Shown here: in pieces, positions 50,870-59,647 of the stretch
Numbering within the stretch: the stretch's first letter is position 1
Layout: every line of letters starts with the position of its first letter
Assembly (NCBI GenBank): GCA_046538485.1
Contig: JBKHIT010000004.1
Span: forward strand, 32,001-96,000
Direction of reading: 5' to 3'
Length of the DNA stretch: 64,000 nucleotides
Source: Candidatus Brocadiia bacterium
Lineage (GTDB): Bacteria; Planctomycetota; Brocadiia; SM23-32
Notes under the pieces: model-generated
Told to the model about the DNA's origin: nothing
The model's input: the letters and a program-made list of their open reading frames with translations, nothing else
Databases searched by the model: none
Position numbers and translations under genes: made by a program

Positions 50870-52003
50870 ATGGATATCGAAATAGATGGTGACTTTCCGG
50901 GCGGTAACATTGAAGTCGAGAGAATCGATGGCTCCGAAATCTTTTTTCACCAGCAGCTCCGCGATACGACGCGGGATTGGTTCTATTGGTGTTTGCGTCT
51001 GCGGGCTTCTGCAGGAAAAGACCTGCACTTCAATTTCACCAAAAGCCGCGCGCTCGGCGTTCGGGGGCCCGCGGTTTCCACCGATGAAGGCATAACATGG
51101 TCGTGGTTAGGTGCGGAAACTGTTCACGATAACGATTTCGCTTATACCATGCCCGAGAACCCATTGGAAGTCCGACTGAGTTTCGCGATGCCCTACCTGG
51201 AAAGCCACTGGCAGAGATTCGTCAATAATTTAAACCATCCCGAATTACTGATACAGAGAACGCTTTGCAAAACCGCCGGTGGGCGCGATGTACACTACGC
51301 CCTCTTCGGCAACCTGGGGCGAGAACCAGATCATCGGGTCGCCATCACCTGCCGCCACCACTGCTGCGAGATGATGGCCAACGACGCCCTCGAGGGTATT
51401 ATCAGCTGGACTCTCAATGATTCCGGGAAAGACGCACGCTGGTTACGTGAACATGCCCGGTTTTTTGCCGTCCCCTTCGTCGATAAAGACGGGGTCGAGA
51501 ACGGAGACCAGGGCAAGGGCCGGCATCCGCGCGATCACGGAAGGGACTACGAGGGAGAAAGTCTTTACGCTTCGACAGCAGCGATTCGCAAACTGGTTCC
51601 GGATTGGGGAGAGGGCAAACTTCATTTGGCCCTCGATTTACACTGCCCCCATATTTCGGGGCCACATAATGAAGTAATATACCTGGTTGGGTCGCAACAG
51701 GAGGCCATTGATCAAGAGCAGCGCCGTTTTGGGAAACTTCTCGAATCGGTCAACGAAGGCCAATTGCCGTTTCACGCTGAGAATTTTTTGCCTTTTGGCA
51801 CATCCTGGAATACCGGGGACAATTATGGAGGCGGCAAGAGTTTCAGCCGGTGGGCTGCTGAAATCCCGAGTATCGCCCTGTCAACCGGTATTGAAATTCC
51901 TTACGCAAACGCAAGCGATACCGAGGTGAACCAGGAATCCGCGCGAAGTTTTGGAGAAGATCTTGGGCGCGCTATAGCCAGTTATCTGCAACAATTATCC
52001 TGA
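50870..52003 (+). CDS. M14 zinc carboxypeptidase-family protein
   Basis: Motifs DFPGGNI, WFYW, RHHCCE (HxxE), PFVDKDGVENG, LDLHC, terminal E. Confidence 0.8.
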   Translation: MDIEIDGDFPGGNIEVERIDGSEIFFHQQLRDTTRDWFYWCLRLRASAGKDLHFNFTKSRALGVRGPAVSTDEGITWSWLGAETVHDNDFAYTMPENPLEVRLSFAMPYLESHWQRFVNNLNHPELLIQRTLCKTAGGRDVHYALFGNLGREPDHRVAITCRHHCCEMMANDALEGIISWTLNDSGKDARWLREHARFFAVPFVDKDGVENGDQGKGRHPRDHGRDYEGESLYASTAAIRKLVPDWGEGKLHLALDLHCPHISGPHNEVIYLVGSQQEAIDQEQRRFGKLLESVNEGQLPFHAENFLPFGTSWNTGDNYGGGKSFSRWAAEIPSIALSTGIEIPYANASDTEVNQESARSFGEDLGRAIASYLQQLS

Positions 52004-52045
52004 AACCGCGTCAGATCGACATAAAAGTCCAATAAGAGGATATCC

Positions 52046-53110
52046 GTGAACCCGAAAGAACGTGTGCTCACCACTATTGCTCACGAGGAGCCTGACCGGG
52101 TTCCGATCGACTACTCGGCAAATCCGGGCATTGACGGCCGTTTGAAGGAGCATTTCGGGCTGGAACCTGACGACGCCGAAGGACTGCGTCAGGTTCTGAA
52201 TGTTGATTTTCGGTATGTTGGAGCCCCCTACGCCGGACCCGAGCTGCATCCACCTGTCGAAGGCCGCCGTATCAATATGTGGGGCGTACGCAAACGTTGG
52301 GTCGAACATGAAAGTGGCGGGTATTGGGATTACTGCGACTTTCCGCTGAAAAATGCAACACTGGAAGAGATCAAAGTCTGGCCCATGCCCTCGCCTGATG
52401 ATTTCGATTACAGCAACGTCAAAAATGCCTGTAAAGAATACAGCGATTATTGTGTGATGGTTGGTGGAGCCGGAACCGGCGATATCATCAATTCAACGGG
52501 TATGATCCGGACCATGCAGCAGGTCATGATTGATATCGCGCTGGAGTCGCCCGAGTTTTTCGCCTTCATTGATCGTAAGATTGACATTCAGATTGAAGTT
52601 CTTCGCAGGACAATCGAAGCCGCCGAGGGTGGAATCGACGTTCTTTTCATGGGAGAGGACCTTGGGACGCAAAAAGGACCCATGATCAGTCTGGAAATGT
52701 ACCGAAATATCTTCCGCCCGCGCCACCAGAAGTTCGTCGACCTTGCTAAGTCATTCGATCTGCCGGTCATGATCCACTCCTGCGGCTCATCCAGCTGGGC
52801 GTTCGACGATTTTATTGAGATGGGAATCGATGTCATCGACACCCTTCAGCCGGAGGCAGCGGATATGGAACCCGCCTATCTGAAAGAAACATACGGCGAT
52901 CGTCTTGCGTTCCACGGGATGATCTCGACCGCCGGTTCTGTGGCATTTGGCACGACGACGGATGTGCGGGAACACGTGAGAGAAACGCTTGAAATTATGA
53001 AACCCGCCGGAGGTTATTGCCTCGCCCCCACACACCAGCTTCAGGACAACTCCCCGACAGAAAATGTCGTAGAAATGTACGAAGCAGCGCGGGAATACGG
53101 GCAATACTGA
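52046..53110 (+). CDS. Uroporphyrinogen decarboxylase/MtaA-CmuA-like family protein
   Basis: Motifs KERVL...HEEPDRVP, GEDLGTQ, IHSCG, LQPEA, APTHQLQ. Confidence 0.85.
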   Translation: MNPKERVLTTIAHEEPDRVPIDYSANPGIDGRLKEHFGLEPDDAEGLRQVLNVDFRYVGAPYAGPELHPPVEGRRINMWGVRKRWVEHESGGYWDYCDFPLKNATLEEIKVWPMPSPDDFDYSNVKNACKEYSDYCVMVGGAGTGDIINSTGMIRTMQQVMIDIALESPEFFAFIDRKIDIQIEVLRRTIEAAEGGIDVLFMGEDLGTQKGPMISLEMYRNIFRPRHQKFVDLAKSFDLPVMIHSCGSSSWAFDDFIEMGIDVIDTLQPEAADMEPAYLKETYGDRLAFHGMISTAGSVAFGTTTDVREHVRETLEIMKPAGGYCLAPTHQLQDNSPTENVVEMYEAAREYGQY

Positions 53111-53360
53111 AAAATACAAATTGCCCGTAGGTGTGCCAGGAGGCGCTTGTGTTGTATCAGTCTGCGTCCTTTGATAAAGTATTTGCGTCTGAGCACTTAG
53201 AGCGAGGGAGCACGTGGCCACAGCCAGGTCCTTCGGACTCCACCGGTTTTGAGCGGCCACTCTGGCATGCCGCCTGCTGGGCCAGCGCTCCCAAAGCCAA
53301 ACAGAGCCGGGAACGAAATACAAGGATCCACAACCACCTGATATTATCGGGAGACAAAGT

Positions 53361-53756
53361 ATGAAATTGGAGCACGTCGCCTTGAACGTCGACGATCCCG
53401 TCGCGATGGCAGAATGGTATGAACGCCACCTCGGCATGACGGTGGCAATGGGCATGGATGAGGAACCGTTCACGCATTTCCTGCGCGACAGCAACGGCAC
53501 AATGATGCTGGAAGTTTATAAGAATCCGCCCGACGAAGTGCCGAATTATAGGGATATGGACCCGCTTCTGCTGCATGTCGCGTTTGTTTCCGATGACCCG
53601 GAGACGGACAAAAACAGACTTGTGGAAGCGGGTGCTTGCCTGGTCAAAGACCAGCACCTTGACGACGGATCTCATATCGTACTGTTGCGCGATCCGTGGG
53701 GCCTCTGCATCCAGTTCTGTAAACGCGACACTCCCCTGCTCTCAGACAGCGAATAG
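53361..53756 (+). CDS. VOC/glyoxalase-family protein
   Basis: Motifs LEHVALNV, MLEVY, HVAF, LRDPWG. Confidence 0.85.
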   Translation: MKLEHVALNVDDPVAMAEWYERHLGMTVAMGMDEEPFTHFLRDSNGTMMLEVYKNPPDEVPNYRDMDPLLLHVAFVSDDPETDKNRLVEAGACLVKDQHLDDGSHIVLLRDPWGLCIQFCKRDTPLLSDSE

Positions 53757-53791
53757 AAAGTTTCCTGCTGGCAAATTGTCAAGGCTTCCAT

Positions 53792-55123
53792 ATGACTTAT
53801 ATGACTCCAGTTGAGAGCCACCTGCATCGCCTCATAAAGGCGGCATCGGATATTGGCACGGATATGTGGCCGAGTGTGCTGGACGTGCGAACGGGGCGGT
53901 TTCCTGCGCAAGAACACGTGCCGTCCCGGACATATCGATTGATCGGCGCCCCTAATGGTAGCACCCTCTACTGGGACCAACCCCTTGTCGTCGCCGCTAC
54001 CAGATTGTCTCAGATTACCGGCAAATCCAAATACACCGCCGCGGCCGACCGGTATATTGAAGCATTTCTGGCGGAATGTGTGGCGGAAAACGGGATGTTC
54101 CGCTGGGGAAATCATCAGTACTATGATCTGCTTGAGAAGAAAGTCATTGAGTTTTCCGGAGGGCATCACGAAATACGCCCGATCACACCGGCCTGGGATT
54201 TCTTCTGGGAACACGATAGAGAGAAAACGGCTTCATATATCCGGGCCATGGCGCGCCGACACGTCTACGATCGCAAGACCGGTGGTTTCAACCGGCACGA
54301 TGACGGCAACAAAAGCCACGCTTTCCTGGAATCGGGTGGTATTCTGGTAGAATCTCTTGCCTGGCTTTTCAGTCGGACGCAAGACGAAGAGTTCCGCGAT
54401 CTGGCGCTACGGATCGCACTTTACAGTTACAAGCATCGCGATCCGTCAACGGGCCTGGTTGTCAATGAACCGGATACTCAAAGATGGGATTCTGAGGTAT
54501 CGACCACCGAGGTCGGGCTCTGGGCGCGGTGTCTTTTACAAGCAGCTGAATATGCCGAAGACGACGAGTTCGCCGAAATGGCCACCACTGCCACAAAGAG
54601 CTACCTTGAAAACGGGTACGACAGAGGTAAAAACAGATATTTTGGCCAGCTAAAGGTCGATACGGGTGAACCCGTTCTCCCCAATGGAACGGGATACTGG
54701 CCGCGGAAATACTCTGATCCCTGGAACACCGACCAGTGGCCGACGCATGATTACCCGATGCCACTGGCTGAAACATGTCTTATTTTGCACGAGCGGACCG
54801 AGGACGCGATATTCCCGGAAGCCGCGCATCGCTGGGCCCGCATAGTCATCGAGACCTCCCCCGAAAAGACCGGAAAATGGGCCTATGCAGAGAATTACGG
54901 GCGTTCTATTCGCTTTTTGACACGCGCAGCGTTGCAACTCGGCGAAGACCGTTACATGTGTTCGGCCTCAACACTGGCCGACCAGGCTGTCCAAAACCTC
55001 TACGAAAATGGCATGTTCAAAGGTGAACCGAACGGGCATTTCTATGAATCGGTGGACGGCGTGGGTTTTCTTGTTCTTGGGCTAATTCTACTTGAGACGG
55101 GAGGGCAACCCGATGGAATTTGA
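53792..55123 (+). CDS. Alpha/alpha-barrel protein resembling polysaccharide lyase family 2
   Basis: LSQITG..KY..AAD, GMFRWGNH, HEIR...PAWD, HVYD..TGGFNRH parallel PL2 motifs (WGGH, HELK, HVYD...SRH). No signal peptide. Confidence 0.55.
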   Translation: MTYMTPVESHLHRLIKAASDIGTDMWPSVLDVRTGRFPAQEHVPSRTYRLIGAPNGSTLYWDQPLVVAATRLSQITGKSKYTAAADRYIEAFLAECVAENGMFRWGNHQYYDLLEKKVIEFSGGHHEIRPITPAWDFFWEHDREKTASYIRAMARRHVYDRKTGGFNRHDDGNKSHAFLESGGILVESLAWLFSRTQDEEFRDLALRIALYSYKHRDPSTGLVVNEPDTQRWDSEVSTTEVGLWARCLLQAAEYAEDDEFAEMATTATKSYLENGYDRGKNRYFGQLKVDTGEPVLPNGTGYWPRKYSDPWNTDQWPTHDYPMPLAETCLILHERTEDAIFPEAAHRWARIVIETSPEKTGKWAYAENYGRSIRFLTRAALQLGEDRYMCSASTLADQAVQNLYENGMFKGEPNGHFYESVDGVGFLVLGLILLETGGQPDGI

Positions 55124-55397
55124 GCCCGTATCTTACGACCATGCCGCCGGCTTGACCGGGGAACGGCCCGGGGATGTTTCCAGAGACGCAGAGCTCCTGG
55201 CGGCAGCTCACCTGACAGTTTTGGAGAACTATGACTACGACATCGCTGTGGTCGGCTTGTACATTTACAATGTTGAAGCAGAGATATATGGCTGCGAGAT
55301 CAGCGATCCCGGAGGCAACGAAGTCCCGTCCGCCGGCGCCCTGCCCCTGAACGACGTTAGAGATATACTACCCCTGGACCTTGATCCGGCCCCATGA
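55113..55397 (+). pseudogene. N-terminal fragment of a URO-D/MtaA-like protein
   Basis: FEPVSYDHAAGLTG...DVSRDAELL...YNVEAEIYGC; stops after about 94 codons and no continuation is visible. Confidence 0.6.
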
Positions 55398-55795
55398 AAC
55401 AGGTAATTTATTTTGCAGCCTTATCGGGAATGAGGACCGATTTTTTAAACCACAAAATATAATTGGTATAGCAGGAGAAATGCGGGCATGAAAAATTACA
55501 GCCAAACAATCCAACCCATACCGCAAACCTGTTGGGTGAGGGGCTTCAATAATCCTGAAAGGGAGGTCAAATGAGCATTACCAGGTTCGAGGATAGTCTT
55601 CTCGGGAAGTTGTTGTACAAACACAAGCTAGGGTGTATGCTGCCATTTTTCCTCTTCCTTTTTGCTATTCTGGCATATTTCGTGTGGAGAAACTGGGACT
55701 CTATTCTCGAATATTTCGGATAGCGCAAGTCCTTGCAATCAGGCTGAAGCAATCCACCAAGCCCGCTCTTCAAAACCCCTTTACAGGAGACCAAA

Positions 55796-57763
55796 GTGCC
55801 CAAAGCAGGCAGAGCCGCAGACGATGTCCCCCTGATCCCGCGCGAAGTCCTTTTTGGCAACCCCGATCGCACCCAACCCAAGATCAGTCCCGATGGGAAG
55901 TGGCTGGCATGGCTTGCCCCCGATGAAGGAGTCCTGAACGTCTGGCTCGCACCCGCCGATGATCCCGACGCGGCCGAGCCAATCACAGAGGACCGCGACC
56001 GCGGCATACGCATGTTCACCTGGCCGCATACCGGCGACCATATACTCTACATCCAGGACCAGGATGGCGATGAGAACTGGCGGATTTACGCCACTGATAT
56101 CGAAAGCAAAGAAACGCGAGATCTCACTCCGTTCGATGATGTGCAGGCCAGGTTCCAGAAGATCAGCCCGCGTTACTCGGATGAGATTCTAATCGGACTC
56201 AATAATCGCGATCCGCGTTACCACGACATCCACAAATTGAACGTCCGGTCAGGCGAATTAGAACTTGTTCAAGAAAACCCGGAGTTTGCGGGATTTATCG
56301 TTGACGATGATTTTGCGGTACGTTTCGCTGTCCGCCAGACCGACGACGGTGGGAAACAGTTCTTGAAACCCGATCAGGATGGCGGCTGGGAGCGTTTCCT
56401 GGACATCTCCATGGAAGATGCGCTTAATACCGGCATCCGCGGTTTCAACAAAGCGGGCGACATCATCTACATGAGCGACAGTCGAGACCGAAACACCTCT
56501 GCCCTGATTGAAATGGATCTTTCTGACCGTTCGACATGCCTTATCGCCGAAGATGAAGGGGTTGACGCCGGATCTCTGATGACCCATCCCACCGAGAAAT
56601 ATCCTCAGGCCGCTTCTTTCACCTACCTGCGCCGTCAATGGGAAGTGCTGAACGAGGAGGTGCAAAATGATTTCGATTACCTCCAGGAACTTGAAGATGG
56701 TGATTTCGCTGTGGGGAGCCGCACGCTCGATGACCGGCGCTGGGTCGTATGCTATTGGCGCGATCTCGGGCCGACCCGGTATTATCTCTTCGACCGGCAA
56801 GCCAAAGAAGCCCGCTTCCTGTTCGCAAGCAAGGACGATCTCCAGGATGCTCCGCTTGTTCCCATGCACCCCGTCGTGATCGAATCCCGCGACGGACTCG
56901 ACCTCGTCAGTTACTACAGTCTTCCGCCCGGAACCGATCCAGACGAGGACGGGATTCCTGGAGAACCTCTTCCCATGGTTCTCAACGTTCACGGCGGTCC
57001 CTGGGGACGAAATGGCTGGGGCTTAAACAGCACACACCAATGGCTCGCAAACCGGGGATACGCCGTCCTCAGCGTCAATTTCCGGGGTTCCACAGGTTTT
57101 GGCAAAGATTTCATAAACGCTGGCAACAAAGAATGGGCCGGCAAGATGCACGACGACCTCATAGACGCCGTCCGATGGGCCTGGGAGGAAGGGATCGCCG
57201 ATCCCGAACTCACGGCCATCATGGGGGCAAGCTATGGTGGTTACGCCACGCTCGTAGGTATGACGTTTACGCCCGAAACATTCGCTTGCGGGGTTGATAT
57301 TGTTGGACCGTCAAACCTCACGACGCTTCTTGAGAGCATCCCACCCTACTGGGAACCCATGAGAGCCACTTTCAGCGCCCGCGTGGGCAACCCGGAAACT
57401 GAAGAAGGCCGAAAGTTGTTAAAAGACCGGTCCCCTCTCCATCGGGCCGAAAAGATCTGCCGTCCCCTGCTGATCGGCCAGGGAGCCAATGATCCGCGCG
57501 TCAAACGGGCAGAATCGGACCAGATCGTCGAGGCCATGAAAGAAAACGATATCCCCGTCACCTACCTCCTGTATACGGATGAAGGCCATGGGTTTGCGCG
57601 ACCGGAAAACCGCATGTCGTTCTTCGCCGTGGCTGAAGCATTCCTGGCCGAGCAACTGGGAGGCCGTTTTCAAGAGATCGGTGACGATCTGGAAGGTTCA
57701 TCATTGAAAGCTCTGACCGGTGCGGAATGCGTCCCGGGACTTGCGGAGAAAGTCCAGCGGTGA
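55796..57763 (+). CDS. S9 family serine peptidase (acylaminoacyl/dipeptidyl peptidase)
   Basis: GTG start with AGGAG Shine-Dalgarno; VHGGPW, NFRGSTGFG, GASYGG, GANDPRV, DEGHG. Confidence 0.93.
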   Translation: MPKAGRAADDVPLIPREVLFGNPDRTQPKISPDGKWLAWLAPDEGVLNVWLAPADDPDAAEPITEDRDRGIRMFTWPHTGDHILYIQDQDGDENWRIYATDIESKETRDLTPFDDVQARFQKISPRYSDEILIGLNNRDPRYHDIHKLNVRSGELELVQENPEFAGFIVDDDFAVRFAVRQTDDGGKQFLKPDQDGGWERFLDISMEDALNTGIRGFNKAGDIIYMSDSRDRNTSALIEMDLSDRSTCLIAEDEGVDAGSLMTHPTEKYPQAASFTYLRRQWEVLNEEVQNDFDYLQELEDGDFAVGSRTLDDRRWVVCYWRDLGPTRYYLFDRQAKEARFLFASKDDLQDAPLVPMHPVVIESRDGLDLVSYYSLPPGTDPDEDGIPGEPLPMVLNVHGGPWGRNGWGLNSTHQWLANRGYAVLSVNFRGSTGFGKDFINAGNKEWAGKMHDDLIDAVRWAWEEGIADPELTAIMGASYGGYATLVGMTFTPETFACGVDIVGPSNLTTLLESIPPYWEPMRATFSARVGNPETEEGRKLLKDRSPLHRAEKICRPLLIGQGANDPRVKRAESDQIVEAMKENDIPVTYLLYTDEGHGFARPENRMSFFAVAEAFLAEQLGGRFQEIGDDLEGSSLKALTGAECVPGLAEKVQR

Positions 57764-57804
57764 GCGGACTGGACTTCAGCCCGAGGCTGGAGTTCAGAAC
57801 GCGG
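57760..57804 (+). repeat. Hairpin repeat module 1, copy D (overlaps the peptidase stop codon)
   Basis: GTGAGCGGACTGGACTTCAGCCCGAGGCTGGAGTTCAGAACGCGG. Confidence 0.85.
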
Positions 57805-58356
57805 CAAAAGTTTCCGGGGATGGGATACGGGCGCACAGAACCTTTGGGATGCAGGCTATATAAAACGGCGCATGCCGTTTAGGAGTAAGGACTTACGAAA
57901 ACAAGAAGTGTTCACAACGTCCGACCAGTGCTACTGTGCCGGAAGATGTGTGTATCTTCCTTGTGAAAAAGCAGTTAAAGCCAATCGTTTCTCAACGTAG
58001 CGTTCGCCTCGTTGCTGATAAGGGATTTTAAGTTGTCAGATTTATGCGCCGTTTTGTTTAGCCCGGATTTTTGGCTGAGAAGGGTTGTGAACGGTGTTCA
58101 ATAAAGATTCTACCCTGATTCGGCAAGAATGGCTTCCAGTTATCCGTAAAATCCGGGCCAGACTCGATCTGGATTTCAACCACAGTGTCGTTTCCATCAT
58201 CCTATATTCCGTCTCCTGACGGACATCTACTGACATTCGCTCGTATCAAAAATCGCGCAGAAAATGGCTGTCCGAAAAGGTTATTCGAATGCAAGGCCTG
58301 CCGCCCAACTTTATAATAGCCGTGGACCAAACATTTGGCCGGCGTGATTTCAAATA

Positions 58357-58611
58357 TTGCCAGAACACGGAGGCAACGCCATCGACAAACAGAACACATC
58401 AAAACAGAATGAACAGAGCAAGGGAGAGAAAGAAGATCAGGAGAAACAGGACGTTCCTGAAGCCGCTCCGACAGACCTGGGGCGCCACCTCAACCTGTTA
58501 ATTGCGATTCTCGGGGTGGTGGTACTGGCGTGGATCGTAAAGGTTGCCCATACCCGCATCGATCAGAACCTGGACCTCTCCAACTCCCCCATCGCCAATA
58601 CTGCTCCCTGA
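58357..58611 (+). CDS. Small single-pass membrane protein (start uncertain; possibly ATC 58381)
   Basis: Charged N-terminus, TM LNLLIAILGVVVLAWIV; GGAGG at 58369-58373; TATAAT at 58312. Confidence 0.5.
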   Translation: MPEHGGNAIDKQNTSKQNEQSKGEKEDQEKQDVPEAAPTDLGRHLNLLIAILGVVVLAWIVKVAHTRIDQNLDLSNSPIANTAP

Positions 58612-58620
58612 GCGGTCCCG

Positions 58621-58872
58621 TCACCATTGCGGAAGTAGGTCCGAATCGTCCGGACGGAACTGGTCCCACAACCTTTTGAATCGGCTCTGGTAGATCATCT
58701 GGAACAAATCGTCAGAGTCCTCAAAATTCCGGTCGGCCCAGTCTCTGAGTTTGCGGATCTCGATTGCCACGTCAACGGCCGGATAATCGCAGCTGATTAT
58801 CAGATCGGCGATGTGATCGGCACGCCGTTGCAGTTCCCGAATTGTCTCATCTTTTCCGCGTTCCCGTAACAT
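58621..58872 (-). CDS. Small helical hypothetical protein divergent from lexA
   Basis: 83-aa ORF with natural composition, IRELQRRAD...DYP..DV.IEI...LF.MIY.SRF.RLW.QFR. Confidence 0.7.
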   Translation of the reverse strand: MLRERGKDETIRELQRRADHIADLIISCDYPAVDVAIEIRKLRDWADRNFEDSDDLFQMIYQSRFKRLWDQFRPDDSDLLPQW

Positions 58873-58960
58873 TGTCAATTGTCCCTTTACGCGCCTTTTG
58901 GCGCATCTGACGAATTTCATTTGCCCCACCTGTGCATATGTTTAGTATAATACTTTTGAT

Positions 58961-59566
58961 ATGACTGAGAAACTTACAGAGCGCCAGCGAGAAGTTTTTG
59001 ATTTCATCCGCAGCCGCTTTCGTGCCGAGAGCCGGCCTCCGACCGTCCGGGAAATCGCCGACCATTTTGGTTTTGCCAGCCCCAAAGCCGCCACCGATCA
59101 TCTGGACGCCCTGGAGAAAAAAGGGTTCATCCTGAGGCGGAACCGCAAAGCCCGAAATATAGAACTCCCCGAAGAATTCGCTCCCCAGGGGATTCCTGTC
59201 CTCGGACGCATCGCTGCGGGGTCGCCAACGCTGGCCGTGGAAAATCTCAGCGGTGCCCTATCGCTTACCGACCTCTTTGAAGCCAATTCATCCACCTTCG
59301 CGCTTCAGGTACAGGGCGATAGCATGACAGGAGCGGGCATCTTCGACGGCGATTATGTCATCGTCCAGAACGATGAAACAGTTAAAGATGGCATGATCGC
59401 AGCCGTTTCACTCGATGACGAAGCTACCGTTAAAAGGATCAAATTCGATCAGCAGAAACTACGTTTGCAACCAGAGAACCCGGATTTTGATGAGATCGTC
59501 GTGAAGAAAAATGGTTCAGAAGTACAACTCTACGGACCGGTGGTCGGTGTCATCCGGAAATTGTAG
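58961..59566 (+). CDS. lexA: SOS repressor LexA
   Basis: LTERQ...PPTVREI wHTH, Ala-Gly cleavage site IAAG, Ser GDSM, Lys ATVKR. Confidence 0.95.
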   Translation: MTEKLTERQREVFDFIRSRFRAESRPPTVREIADHFGFASPKAATDHLDALEKKGFILRRNRKARNIELPEEFAPQGIPVLGRIAAGSPTLAVENLSGALSLTDLFEANSSTFALQVQGDSMTGAGIFDGDYVIVQNDETVKDGMIAAVSLDDEATVKRIKFDQQKLRLQPENPDFDEIVVKKNGSEVQLYGPVVGVIRKL

Positions 59567-59647
59567 TGATCTTTTGCAAACTCGGACGATAACACTTTAT
59601 CAAATTTCGGGGGGAGTTGGAACAGCCGGTCTTCCGCTTTTATTATG

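Noticed and set aside
41724..55800. tRNA-Gly as the attachment site of an integrative element
   Set aside because: No integrase gene and no duplicated tRNA 3' end were found by eye in the window.
41268..57804. Hairpin repeats as a CRISPR array
   Set aside because: Copies are kilobases apart, in mixed orientation, with no spacer periodicity and no cas genes.
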